Below are positions 37,600-51,165 of a stretch of DNA of 64,000 nt, piece by piece. How positions within the stretch are numbered: position 1 is the stretch's first letter; each line of letters begins with the position of its first letter. The stretch covers positions 81,780,001 through 81,844,000 of the forward strand of contig NC_087436.1 of the NCBI RefSeq assembly GCF_036321535.1. Direction: 5' to 3'. Below the pieces are notes generated by a model that searched no databases, had not been told where the DNA came from, and saw only the letters and a program-made list of their open reading frames with translations. The DNA is from Camelus dromedarius (lineage: Eukaryota). A program made the translations under genes and the position numbers.

Positions 37600-38357
37600 C
37601 TGATGATTGTACTCCAGTAGATTTTGTAGCAACAGAACTCTTGATCTGTACTAGTCACGTGGCCACCCAAAATAAAGCTACATTTTCCAACCTCCCTTGT
37701 AGTTAAGTACATGGTCTTCAAGTCATGTGACTAAATTCAGACCAAGAGGATGTAGATAAAAGTAGTATATATGTTTCTGAGAAGTAACCTTAAAGGGAAA
37801 AGATAAATTTTTCTCTTTCCTTTCTGACTCTTCCCTGCTAGCTGAAATACAGACTTAATGAATGGAGCTGCACCTCTGGACTAAGAAGTGACTTTGTAAA
37901 TGAAGGCCATGCAGAAGAAGGTGGGTCTCTCAGACTGTAAAATATTGTATCATCTTTGGACCTCCTACCTCTAGACCTGTGCTGTTCCATACAGCACTCT
38001 TTAGCCTTATGTGGCTACTGAGCATTTGAAATATGGCTAGTTCAAACTGAGCTGCAAGTACAAAATATGTATCAGATTTTGAAGATTTAGTATGAAAAAA
38101 AGAATGTAAGATAACTCAATAATTTTATATTGATTACATGTCCAATTATAACATTTTGGATACACTGGCTGAGTAAAATACATTAATAAAATTAATTACT
38201 ACTGTTTCTTTTTACATTTTTAACTGGTTAGTAGAAACATTTTAATTACATACATGACTTACATTGTATTTCTACTGGACAGCTCTGTACTAAACTTTTA
38301 TGGAGGCAAAGTCTTCTTTCTTAAGCCCTTGTTATTTTGGATTTTCTGCCACTCACA
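37600..38357 (+). mobile_element. MLT1J-like MaLR LTR split by MER33
   Basis: 'aacagaactcttgat...gctacattttccaacctcccttgtagttaag...catgtgactaaattc'. Resumes after MER33 with 'ttaagcccttgttattttggattttctgccactcaca'. Confidence 0.7.
37978..38288. mobile_element. MER33 hAT-Charlie element
   Basis: 'tgtggctactgagcatttgaaatatggctagt...cagattttgaagatttagtatgaaaaaaagaatgtaa...tgtatttctactggacagc'. Confidence 0.85.
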
Positions 38358-38364
38358 TATATAT

Positions 38365-39365
38365 TCTCAAATGTCTACTTAAAATTTCCCCATGGCTAGC
38401 TAAAAGGCATTTCAACCCTACAAGTCTCACAATGAATTCATGATCCTTTCCTATATGCACCCATATTCAAACCAGTTTCTCTTCCACTGTAACCTCAGTG
38501 AAATCACTACCATCCACCCAGTTATACAAGCCAGGGAATTAGGTGCAGTATCTTGACATCAACCCTTCCCTTACCCAGCACACCCAATCCATAAGTCCTA
38601 GAAACTGAATCCAAAGTATCTCTCTTGTAGTTCACTTTACTCCACCACCATTGCCACTACTCTAGTTTCCCTTTTTTATTCTGTGATCTACTGTGATAGT
38701 CTTTCAATTGGTCTCCTTTACATCTAGCCTGGCCTCTTTGCAACACATTTTTCATGCTGCTACCAGAATGTTCTTTATAAAAACTTAATCTGGTCACATA
38801 AGCCTCAGGTTTAAAATCTTTTGATGGTTCTCATTGCTCTTAAGATAAAGACCAAGCTCCATTAGAAGGACTATAAAACTAACACTGTCTGGTCCACTCT
38901 TCCCTCACTCTCTGTACTCCTGCCATGTGTAATGCACCATGCTCCCTCATGTCAGAGGGCCTCCCTCACTCTCTGTACTGCTGCCATGTGTAATGCACCA
39001 CGCTCCCTCGTGTCAGAGGGCCTCTGCTCATGCTGTCCTCCCCATCTAGAACATGCTTCAGTGCCCTCCCTTCATCCTCCATTTCCCCAGCTGACTCCCA
39101 TTCATATTTTGGAAATCAGGAAAATTTTTTCTGACTTCCAGTATAGGTTAGTTTTCTTCACTGCATGTTCTCACAGAATTATATTTCTCTCTCTTAGATC
39201 ACAATCTCAGTTTATAACTATATATTCATTTTATTTATTTATTTGTGTCTGACCATGAAAATTGGAACTGGGCCTGTTTTTTGTTCTCTGTTGTATTCTC
39301 AGTGCTTAGTACAATTTTTGGCTGAAAATAGGCACTCAATAAACACTGGTTAAAAGAATGAATGA
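38365..39365 (+). mobile_element. L2 LINE 3' kilobase
   Basis: 'ccatccacccagttatacaagcc...cattgctcttaagataaagacc...ggcactcaataaacactggttaaaagaatgaatga'. Confidence 0.8.
38901..39022 (+). repeat. 61-bp tandem duplication (2 copies, 3 mismatches)
   Basis: 38901-38961 and 38962-39022 align end to end. Confidence 0.95.
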
Positions 39366-39950
39366 CTTTGTATTTATTATTTCCATTTGTAAACATTTTA
39401 TTTTAAATACTTGGGATACAAAAATAATCAGAAGCATTATAACATGGTATTTTAAATTCATTTAAGTTTATTTAAATAAAATAGTTTCCTCAAAAACTAT
39501 ATCCTATCAAAGAAGAGCAGATTTTAAAAAAAGACATAAGATACATTACACCCTAAAAGTCAGGCCTCTTGGAACTTCGAGCAGAAAAAAAATAAATCTC
39601 ACAAGTGATCTACAAGTTGCTATGCATTATATCAGTACCTTTCAAGGATAGCTTTCAAGTCACCACAATTGCCTGGAGTGTAGATTTACCATCTGCTTTA
39701 AAGACAAAAAACTTCTCCATGTAAATGTGAGATAGATCTTTCTCACAAACATTCTGAGCTTGGACCCAAAGTGAACTAGTTCATTTAGGACTCAAGAGCA
39801 CACATACATAGACCTACTGTCCATACCACTGAGTCTAGATCTTACAGTGAGACCCAATGGCATTAAAGTATGACAGTGGACAGTTTGTGCATGTGTGTGG
39901 TGGGCGGGGGTATGTGTTAGACCTACAATGCTGATAACAGTATTCAATAT

Positions 39951-40344
39951 GCATCAGAGTTCAGAATAAACAAGATGTAGTAGCATCATTATAAAGCAGA
40001 GGTTCAGTGAGAAGTGAAAAGAAGAGCAAGACCTCAAATGTCAGGGGGTTAACAGAAACAAAGTTTAATCCTTGCTCACACGAAGTCCTCTGAGGCGTGC
40101 TTTTCTCTGTGGTCCACTTTCTAGACTGCTATGGTATAATGGCAGCTCCTTATCAGCATGTGCTTTCACAACACTGGCAATAAATTTTCTCCTGAGAGTG
40201 ATATATATCAGTTCTACACACAGTACATAAGCCAAAGCTGGCTGCATGGCTACACCTCCCGTCAAGGAGGCAGGTAAGTGCAATCCTCTTGTCTGTCTGG
40301 AAACAGAGGGGAAGAACTAAGTGAACAGCAATAATGCTATCCAC
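39951..40344 (-). mobile_element. MaLR LTR (MLT1K/L-like)
   Basis: 'cctcaaatgtcagggg..aac..aacaaagtttaatccttgctcaca...catggctacacct...aaggaggcaggtaagtgcaatcct...gtgaacagcaataatgctatccaca'. Confidence 0.65.
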
Positions 40345-40784
40345 ATAGTGTATTACAGTCATCTAGATTTGTGGCAGTTTGTGTAGTTTGACCCCTATCT
40401 TCTAATATTTACAGTAAAGATGATGTATGTATACATGTGTTAGTCCAATAAATAAAATTATTTCATTGATATTATCTTACAGAAATTTATGTTTTCTACT
40501 ATTTAATGACCACATCACATATGCTAAATGAAGTAATATCAATTTAAAAATTTTTATTTTACTTTTGCCTATGAATTTTCTAACTAGGCAAAAACAGATA
40601 AAATAATTTTGTTGTGATTTTATTTTTTATTTTTTGTAAAACGAATTTTATTACTGGAAATGAATTAAAGTACCACAACAAATGTATCAGCTACAGTAAT
40701 AATATTAACAAGCACACTTGCTGAGCATCTACTCTGTGACAGGCTTTTACACCTATTATTTACACTCATTTTTTAAAGCTGATT

Positions 40785-41135
40785 TATTAATTTAATTAAT
40801 TTTTATTGAAATATGGTTGATTTTCAATATTACATTAGTTTCAGGTGTACAACATTGTGATTCAATATTTTTATAATTATATTCCATTTAAAGTTATTGT
40901 AAAATATTGGCTATATTCTCTGTACTGTACATATATTCCTGTAGCTTATTAATTTTATACATAGTAGTTTGTATCTCTCAATCCCCTACTCCTTTCTTAC
41001 CTCTCCGCCTTCTCTCTCCTCCCTGGTAACAAGTAGTTCTCTATATCTGTGAGTCTGTTTCTGATTTGTTATATTCATTTGTTTGTTTTATTTTTTAGAT
41101 TCCACATCTAAGTGACAACATACAGTGTTTGTCAA
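40785..41135 (-). mobile_element. L1 3' end (cetartiodactyl/laurasiatherian type)
   Basis: 'ttttattgaaatatggttgattttcaatattacattagtttcaggtgtacaac...ctatatctgtgagtctgtttctg...ttagattccacat'. Confidence 0.85.
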
Positions 41136-41545
41136 TTTCACGAAGCTTATTAGTGCTGTGATTTTAGAAATTACTTCTACTCAATGTGTGATTGTAATTA
41201 AGTTAGTATCATAAACAGTGTGTGAAATTTTGTCAAAAAGATTATTCCTGATTTTGTATTTTTATTAAAGTTCATAAAGTATCTACTTCAAAAAATAGAA
41301 TTAAAAAAATATTTCCCAAATATTCTCTTGCCACTCTTTGCCGCCATAACAGTTTGGGCCTGAATTTTATTTTCATAAATTTAAAGACAGATTTTTATTT
41401 CTACTGAATTTTGTCATTACAGGATACCTATTATTAAAAAATAATTTTATGGATCAAATTGTATCTTAAAAGCAAATAAAGAGGAGAAAATACAAAAAGG
41501 GAGGGTTTAAGAGAGGGAGGAAGAAAAGAATAGTTAGAACCTACT

Positions 41546-42060
41546 TGTTGGGAAATAGTTCTCCAGGGATTGCTCACATTTCTGCATATCATGCAAGCAA
41601 AGGAATTTACTTTTTTTTTTCTTCCTTGGTTATCTTTTCAAGGATGTTTGTATAGAGAACAACCCTGGAAGACAGAAGGAGTATATCTCTTTAGAGTAGG
41701 AGGCAGGTTTGTCTGCTGCACAGTACAATTAAGATTTTTCCCTCCAGGGCAAAGGTTGGCAAAGTCTGCTTGCAGCCACCTTAAAATTGATTGGGGGTTC
41801 CTAAGTTCAGGGTCCTCAGAGGTTCCTCATGGTGATGCAAACCCACTGCTTGTGCAGCACTCCCCTGGGCTGCTGCACATCACCTCTCTTACGACTTGTA
41901 GGGGTACAAATGACACAAACTTGAAACTCATGCCGCCCAATGCATTATGTATAATAAAGTCCTTTTTTCCTGACCTAGGAGTCTCATGTCTTTTGCCAGC
42001 ATCCACAAAACTGTGTTAGCTAATTTGACAGCCTTTGGTACAAGAATGGGATACTAACAG
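41546..42060 (+). mobile_element. ERVL-type solo LTR (MER54/MER88/LTR53 group)
   Basis: Starts TGTTGGGAAATAGTTCTCC. Contains 'tatcttttcaaggatgtttgtatag' and 'aataaagtcc...tgacctaggagtctcatgtc'. The 3' end is approximate. Confidence 0.7.
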
Positions 42061-42999
42061 ATACAGCTTTCTCAAAGAGAAAGGACAAGAGTTTAAGAGA
42101 AGACTCCCCAGGATCCATTTGGTAGTGAAGTTCTGGCCCAAGCAGTAGACAAGGGCTGATGGGAGGAGGAAGGGGACCCCTACTGTCCGACTCATTTGTA
42201 AATGTTTAGTATCTGTGTGGCAAGAGACAGGATTGAAATAAATCACTTAAATGGTGCTTTATTTGTTGTTCACCCTCCTCTGGGAAAGAAGGCAAAGGGT
42301 CAAGGAATCCCTAGAGCTAATAGAGGGCTTTAGGTAGCCTGAGCTGAGCCATGAGCAGTCACTGAGTCACTCAAAATGGAAAACAAAAGTGCTTTGCTTA
42401 CTGGCATAGAGCCATTCTCTTCCTATACATGTTCAGATTCCTCCTTCCATCCGTTCTACTCCTAACTCAGCTCCGTTCAAGAGAAAGGTAATTGGAGGTG
42501 GAGGTGAAGTCTCCATGTCCCCAACAGGGAGCAGAAACTACATGCACACTTCCAAGCATGCTGGGGGACTTAAGGGAAGTGAAGGACTCAAACTTCTATG
42601 GCTCTACTGGGCACAGGCACCCAAGTCATCCATTCTACACAGTTCCATGAAGGAAGGTGACGCCCAGATTCGATTCATATGATTTGGTCAGGCTTTGCAT
42701 TAGGGATGTGACACTAATATGACCTTGGCTTCTAAGTCACCATCCAGTCATGATTTTCCCCCTACTACTCTAAGAACCCCTCTGTTTTCTTCAATAGTTC
42801 CTTCCGCTCAGACTGCTTCTTCAATTAGAAATTCTTAAAAGAAATAGAGGAGAGGAGAAAACAAGAAATTATGGGCTTTCAAGGGGAAATATCTGAATTG
42901 CCATAGTTAGAGGTAAGCGGAGATTTTTATATTTTCAAAGGGAGGAATGAGTTGAAAATGCACGAGGGACACTGTCTTAAGTGTTGATGTTTTCCACAG

Positions 43000-44002
43000 T
43001 TTCATCCTTGGTAGCCTTTCCTTCTATATTTATAGATACATGATTTAATCCACATTCTAGAAGTATTTTCTATGTTCATGGTTCCTAAGTCTGTATCTCC
43101 AATTCTATCCTATCTTCAAGTTCCACACCAGCTTTTTCAAACAATTATCAACTTGGCCATAGGCAATTCAACCTAATACATTAAAAAAACTAAAATAATA
43201 ATATCTCTTTAAATAGTCCTTCCTTTCCCATTATGGTTAATGGAATCAACATCCTCAAATTTCCCAAGTAAGAAACTGATTCTGGAGTCCCTCCTCTTTT
43301 AACCAGCTACATCCAAATCCCATCTATTTTCTTTCAGAAATATATTCAAAACATGACCATTATCTCCTGTTTCCACTGCCACTAATTCAACTCAGGCTCT
43401 TCTGACTTCTGTCCCAGGCTAATGATAGTGCCCCATCCGGTCACCTCCCCCATCAGTCTCTCCTACTATCCATTTTTACACTCCTGCAAGGATTATCTTA
43501 CTAACAAACAAATATTATTACGCCCTCTGTTTTGTTTAATGATTCCCCCTGATTTCCCACTAGCTACTCTGTAAAAGCCAAGTTCTTTTGTCTGCGTATG
43601 ATGCCCTGCAAGATGTAACTCCAATGTATTGTTCCAATTTCATTTCCTTCCACTCCCCACCGCAACCTCAAGCTCCAAACCACAGTGAGCTTCTCATATA
43701 TCTTTTTAAAACTCGATGCCTTTGCACATTTTGTCCTCTTTGCCTGAAATGCCCTTTCCTCCTCTTCTTTATATAGCAAATTACCATTGTGTCTTCAAGA
43801 GTATCAAGAGTTCAGCTCCTCTGTGAAGCCATCCCTGACGTTCCCAGCATCTACCAGAGCACTTCTTTCTGTGTATTCAATTTGTTTCCTCATGCATTTG
43901 CCTATTCCACTAGACTGAATTCTTTAAGAGTAAGGATCACAAGTTTTTAAGTTCTGAGTCCTAAATGCTACGCAGAATGTTAAACATAGCTGAATAAATG
44001 AC
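43000..44002 (+). mobile_element. L2 LINE fragment
   Basis: 'ggttaatggaatcaacatcc...ttccactgccactaatt..ctcaggctct...gcctttgcaca...ttccactagactgaattctttaagagtaagg...gctgaataaatga'. Confidence 0.7.
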
Positions 44003-46699
44003 TACCTGCTTAATAGTTTCTTATGTCAAGTCAGGAGCCAATGAATGCCTCAGCCTGAAATCAATTCTTAAGCAACCAAATGCTGGTATTTTACATATTT
44101 TCCGTATTTTATATCACATAAACTTTATTCTTTGAACCCTTCATTCCTTGACTACCTTCATATAGGTTATTTAAATGAAAATAATGAACTATCACATAGG
44201 GGGAAAAACATTTAAATTTTACTCATTAAAAGTTTAAGAAGTTTGGTAAGAGAAAATTTAGAAACTATTAACTAAATTAAGGATGAGGATCATCTATGAA
44301 TTATCCTTTCACCCCTAGAGGTCATAAAAAATCAAGACTGTGATAATTTGACTAGATACAAATGTATTACTAATCACATCATGCCTTATAATATCCAGAA
44401 TTTCATCAATAAAATAAAAGTTTAATTTGAAGATCCCACAAGATCATTCTGGCTACTAAAATTATATTCTGCTCAGTGTGTTTGGGCCATAGCATTCTAC
44501 AGTCTCTTGCATTATATCTGGTCATTTTATCAAACTGACCAAACACCTCCTGCTCTATCTCAGAAGCATGTCAAGTTCCATAAGGACAAAGAGCTTTTAC
44601 TTACCCCTCCTCCTCTCCAGATAAAACATTCTGAATACACCTTTGTTGAATTGTATTACATAGAATGTGTTAGTTCTTTTTTTAGTTTTTTACTAAATTC
44701 TAGATGATATTCTAATAAAGCATACTCATCTATTGTCTGATATAATAAAATATAACACATACATCAAAAAGAATAAAAAGTCTTGCTTTTACTCTCATCT
44801 AATTTTAAGCAGAAATAAACAGAGAAATATTTTTAGACAATCTTCAGGCAGAGGAACCTGCAAAGTAATTGCTGATTCAGTCACTGGAGATGAGAACAGT
44901 TTATTTCTATCAACTAAAAGAGATAGTACATAACAAACCAGGAAAGGAGAAATATTTTTGTTTCACAGAGTATAGATCTGTGACTGCAAAAAGAGTTAGA
45001 TGCCCAGCAAAGCAAAAATATGGTGTTTGTTTATTATGGAGGCTTTCAAGTCTTCAGATGCAAAAAGAATAACTAAACCAAAAGATAACTTGGACAATAT
45101 CTCCTAATATCTGAAAAGCCTTAAATTTTTAAACTTAACAATGTGAAAAATGAAAGCCATTTTTATAACATTGGCAAGATGATCAGGTTATACAATGTCT
45201 TTATAATTTTATGCTCAGTCAGTACTCAGCTATAACCTCCATGACTTATTTTTTCTGAGTGGGTTGGGCAGTGAAACCCATAAGATTCTCCCTCTGGGAT
45301 GGAGCCATTTTAAATACAGTGTTCTGACCACTCATCAGACATAAGAAAGTAGTGAATCATTCATCTTCTAGCCAAAATCAAGCTGGTTAATTGCATGGCT
45401 ATCAACCTTGACAGTTAATGTTTACATTCAGAACTAGGTAAAGGATAGATGAGTTTTTAACAGCAGTAACAAAATTATATGAAGTGGAGCATTAATGAAA
45501 TTCTGTCTGGAGAGAAACTAAATCTTTTTTTTTTTTTTAATAGCAATAGTAAATGTTTTAAAGACATATTACTGGTTTTCGAGTCTTGACCACAACCAGC
45601 ATAGGATATAATAATTCTAAAATAACAGCCTCCTAAGTTATATTATTGTAGAGTAGTTTTACAGCCCAACCCAAGGCAAAATAAACATCAGTAATGGGTT
45701 GTTCCCATGAACCGACCTAAGGAAAGACTATCACTAAAAACTCAGTACATTTTTTAAAGCCTAAGAAAAGCAGAACTCTGAAGTATGACAGTTTCATTGC
45801 TAATTTATGTCATCCAAGATTTCATCCAACTGAGAAATTATTTAACTAGGAAATAATATCTCCAGAATCTTATTGGCTCCAGTTGTAATTATTTACAAAC
45901 TACCTATAAATGAAGTGATATTTCAAAGGGTAAGATTGTTCACTTACTTAGCACTAGCTGTAGAAATTTAATGAAATCAAAATGCTATTTAGTTTCATCT
46001 AAAAGTAGGTGACAAATATTTTTTCCCCTTACAAAACACAGAGATAACTGATTCATCACAACGTTTTTCTGTTTTCGTATTAGTCATTTGGCATCCAAGA
46101 GATTCAATGTCATGGGGAAGGGGGGTGCAATAGGAGTCATATTTCTGAAAATGAAATTACTGTTCTCGTATACTTTTCCTGTTGGCTTCTAAATTCAGGC
46201 ATTTAGAGAAACATACTTCCCTTGATTGTGTCCTGACTCAGGCAGAATCTTTATTCTAAGAAGACTCATTTTTACCTTGATGCTAAATGGTGGCAACAAA
46301 TTAAAATGTTTCATTCTTTCATGTAACCCCAAGAAGCTCTTCTAGACTTAATCATTCTTTGGAAAGAAACACCTGATTAGCTCATTGATGACACACAGAG
46401 GTGACACAAAAAGCAAATAAAATATACACTTTTAACTCTAAATGGCTATAATTACCATTTTTAAACTAGTATTCCCTTCAGTTTTTGATTAGCCTAGGTT
46501 GAAAAATTTAATATAGAACACCTAAATAAAACACACTTATGAATCAATTAATAAATATGAGTCACAAAAATCCAGAAAAGTGTATTCTTATTTGATGCTT
46601 CAGAATTTTGCCAACAACAAATGAGTTTTTATATTCCAACAACTTCAGGGCTAATGATGAGGCTTGTACTTAGTATGGTGTCTTTCATCCTTGGCCTTT

Positions 46700-46890
46700 A
46701 AAAGCTTTTATGGGCCTTAGTTAATTCTCGCCACACCCCTCTGAGACAGATTGGTATTATTACCCCTTTTTTATAGTTGAGAAAATGAAAACAAAAAGAG
46801 ATTAGTATAAGATTTGCCCAGTGATACAAAATAAACCAGGGACTCATTCAGTGTGACTACGAAACTCCTTACCGGTAACCATGCTGTCGG
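46700..46890 (-). mobile_element. MIR SINE
   Basis: 'ggtattattacccctttttatagttgagaaaatga...atttgcccagtgataca' is an antisense MIR core. Confidence 0.7.
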
Positions 46891-48647
46891 CCTCTTCATT
46901 TCGCCTCCCTGTCAGTATCAATGTTTTAACATCCTCCACACACAAAAAAAAAAAGTTTCTCATTTAGTAACACAGTTAAGTTGAATTACTTTCTCATTCT
47001 GAAAAATGTGAAAAATTTACATTGCCTCTTTGAAGATTTATCTTACTGCTTTCTTTTTGCTACAAAATACATTTTTGACATTTTGCAACTAAATGTATAA
47101 CTTGGTACCCCGAGGAAATTATAGAGTATGCCTTACAGTGAGACATAAAACTTTCAGGAAATGTCTAGCATAACATATTGGATTATTTACCAGGATATTT
47201 TAGAGTCCACAGAGGCCATTCACCTAGAAATCTTTATGGTAATATTATTATGATACAACTTCATGAAGTGACTCATGTTGGCTTGTTCAGGCTTGTGCTC
47301 TTTGTGAACTGAAAACCTGCCATAAACCCAGTCACGACTAGTTTCTCTGCCTATTGCATTAGGCTTCACACTGACTGTGAAAGTAAATCTGTGTATCCAT
47401 GTTTCTATTAAAGTTTTTCAACAGCAAATGACTGCCACTAAGTGAAATGAAAACCAACACTTTTTTCCTATCATTTTTTCCCTTTTTTTGTTGAGACATC
47501 CCAAAAAGTTTATCTTCAGCCTTATCCAAATCTAATAGGTTTGCTTTTCTATCCCTTACTTGACTAGCACCTCTTATCAAATAGATAATGCCTATCTTTT
47601 AAAAAAATTATTAAAAATCACAGGATTTAAAAAATTATATTTAAATTATCTTATCTAGATGGAAATGCTTACTGGGAGATCTCTATTATTAGATTTATTC
47701 CAAATTTGGTTTGCTTATGCTGTTTGGTTTTCTTGTGATGTCCTACCACTCCATTAAATCACATCAGATCATGCTACCAACAAAGGATCTCTCTTCACGC
47801 TGGACTCTTTCTTCTTTCCCTTGCTCTACTCTGGATAATTTGTATAAAATGCAATGCAATGATTACCACTGAGGAAAAAGGAAAGAGAGGAAAGGCAAAA
47901 ATACACCATTTTAATTTTGAAACTTTTGAAACTACACTATTCAAGTATTTTATGCTTCACCCTTCATGCCCACTCACTTTCCTTATATAAAAGCCACCAG
48001 TTTTTAAGTTTAGGATATTATTAGTCATATAGTTTCACAGTAAACATTTTGTTTTAAAATTCGGCTATACTAAATTAAATTATACTAAATTAAATTCACC
48101 ATTTTACATATAAAGTAGATATATAAATATATATATATATATAAAAGAAAATAGCAGGACTTTTCAATGTGAATGATTTACTCCAAGACTTAGGTTTGAT
48201 AGATTCCTGTTGTTAGCAACTCTCAATTGCTGGATTTTTAAAATATTTTCCAAAGTCCACTAGTGTGTGCCCACATAGTTTGGACATGTTATAAAATAAT
48301 CTTTTCCTCTTAAAATAGAAGTATGTTCATTTTCATCAAATGGGAGCTTTTGAAAGGAAGACACATCTTCTTTCAATATTTATTGCAACTTATACTGGAA
48401 TCCTTACTCTAAGGTTTGGATAGAATCAGTTGCACTTACTTGTCATATACTCCCAAATATTTATGTTAGGGAGTAGTTGATAAATCTGCGTGTTCTGTCT
48501 GGTAGCTTAAACTAGGTCAATTTCACCATTTGGAGCTAAGCACCATCCATCACCCTTATCTCTCTAACAGCTGGTCTGAAGTAGTTAAGCAGTAATATAT
48601 CAGCATTCCTCCTTTTAACTGATGCAGCAAGCTATAGACTTAGTATT

Positions 48648-48680
48648 AACAAAACAAAACAAAACAAAACAAACAAAACC
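48648..48680 (+). repeat. (AAAAC)n simple repeat
   Basis: Direct reading. Confidence 0.9.
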
Positions 48681-49509
48681 AACAACAATTGTGCAATAAT
48701 CCTTACTGATTTGGTGGTCGAAAGCTTGGTAAACTATTTTCAATTCAAAATAAAGAGCCATAAAATCTTTTCACTCAGTTAGTGGATTCTTTCCTGTGCA
48801 AGATCAGGACATCATAGAGTATATTTAATGAACTGTGCAAGGAATGAAGCCTTTTTGCTTGTATAGAGTTCATGTCAGAAATAGAACAAAGCACATTAAA
48901 TTCTTCTCACACTGTAGTTAAAGTCGTGTTTGATTTCCTAGATGACTATTTGTTGCTGTATATCATGACTTTTTATATGTAATGTGAATAATACAATGCT
49001 TATTAGTAGTAGCTGTAGTATTTCTAATAATCATTCTACCATGCCTTAATAAACCAGACTCACATGTGCTTCAAGCATATGAGTTCAGTTTCAGTCTCTT
49101 TCTTTTTTTTTTTTTAAAGAGAGCAATTCACCAAAACCACCTCCCTCTTTTCCAGAGTTGACTCTTCATTGTTGCTTCTCTTTTGATTTACCGTGAATGA
49201 AAAACTGCTCTAATATTATTAAGGTCTGTTTTTCTTATAGAAGACTAGCTGTGCTGAAAAAAAAAAATACATATATATACATATATATATATATATACAC
49301 ATTAATTAGTCTATGCAAGACACAATTATTTGAAAGCAGACAATATGAAAGTGGATATAGTAGGTAATAAAGGAGGATATTTATTCATCATTAAACATTT
49401 CTCTGTGTCAAGCAATGTAGCGGGCACTGTGGAGACAAGATGCAGACACAATCTTTGCTCTCAGAAACTGACAATTGGTTAGATTAAATATAAACTGTTT
49501 CTTCCTTTA

Positions 49510-50220
49510 CAATTCATGATGAATCATTCATTTTTCCCCCATTCTAATTATTTATCACCCTAGTTTGGGCACTTATCACTTCCTGCTTAGATCACTACAA
49601 TGATCTCCTCTAAAAAGAGGCTAAAATGATTTAACCTCTGGCAAATCCCCTCATTTGATCCTTCCTGGATTGACTATTCATTCTACCTTCTATTTTGATT
49701 GTATTTATACAGGATTGTGTAATCCTGCTCAAAAAGCTTAAGAATTAATGCCTTTGGAATCAAATTTTAATTTCTTAGTCTAGCCTCAAAGTTTCTACAA
49801 TCAGATGCCAATCTACTCATCAGTTTTACCTGCTGCAATAGTTCCATTCATACTGTAAGTTAAACTACATAGCAAATCATTCCCTATATATGACACATAC
49901 TTTCCCATATTTCTACCTTGGATTACACTGTTCCTTTGTTTAGAATTCCTTTTGTTGAAATCCTACCCATCTAAGGTCAAGTTCATGTGCCACGTCTTCT
50001 GTAAAGCCTACCCAGATTTCCCCCGGCCGAAACTGCTCTCTCTCTCTCATCTAAACACTTTCACTTCTTTGTATCACTCTTATGGCACCAGTCAAATACT
50101 ACCTCGTATTGTTATGTTTATTTCTTTCTTCCTTACAAGCATATAAAAACCCCGACATAACTCTTGGCATATGTCACATCCGTGGAGCACTTAGTAAGTA
50201 CCTGTGAGGTGTTGAATGGA
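49510..50220 (+). mobile_element. L2 LINE fragment
   Basis: 'atcacttcctgcttagatcactacaa...aatcctacccatctaaggtcaagttca...gccacgtcttctgtaaagcct...gtgttgaatgga'. Confidence 0.65.
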
Positions 50221-51165
50221 CACAGTGCAAGGAACAGGTGTGCAGAGATGAGAGCAAATACGCTGGTGGAGATAAATGTCATGGAAAGCTTTGCAAAAAT
50301 AAAAGTGGAGCTTAAATTTAATGCTGAAGAAGGGAATTTTATTCACTATTGCATGTTGATCTACAGTTTCCTTATAGGAAACTTCCAATTTCTCACAAAA
50401 GCATTTCATTCATTTATAAAATATGGGGGAGGTACAAAAAGGTGTTGAAATCAGTAGGTGAAATCACTGTGAAAATTTCAGGAAACAGAGGAAATTCAGA
50501 GTATCTAAAAGAGAATTTGTTCAAGGTAGTAGCATTATTTGTACCCTGGCAATTAAATGACCAGATTTTATGTGCTGAAATATCTGTTTATTTTTTGTCC
50601 CCTATGTTTATGGTGTCATCATGGTAAGTAGGCCCATTTTGGACTGGAGTAACTTTTCTGATTATTTGATAGACATAGCCAACTTCTTCTTGCTCACATA
50701 GCTTTAAGGTGAGCAGTCTCCTGACCACTAAAAGGGGTTGGATGCACAAAGCGTTTTGAAAAATAAACACATGGAGAGAAGAGGAAAGGGGCTGCAACTG
50801 TTAGAAGTAGTGCAGGAGTCACCTTCTCCCAAAGCAGCGGGTTTCAGAGCCCTTTGCTTGCTTCTATTGCAGTCTTTCACCCTTCCCTCCCTTAACATAT
50901 AGTACACGATTCAAAAAGAGTGCTAGCTGACCTCAGAGAGAAGATCAGAAATAGCTGTGTTAAACATCCATTTGCCTGAGGATGAAGAAATGCTGAGACG
51001 CTACCAGATGAATCCCGTTCTCCCACTGCCCACTCTGCAATGAAGAGGTCTCATGACCCCATGCAGGCTTGGAGCTGCGGGGGCAGCCTTTCCCCTCTCC
51101 CACCAGCAGTTTAAGGAGATGAAAGAAGGAAATATTCTTTAGGTTGGATTTAGGCCACAAATCTC

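Noticed and set aside
41570..42019. 149-aa ORF
   Set aside because: Lies wholly within an ERVL-type solo LTR.
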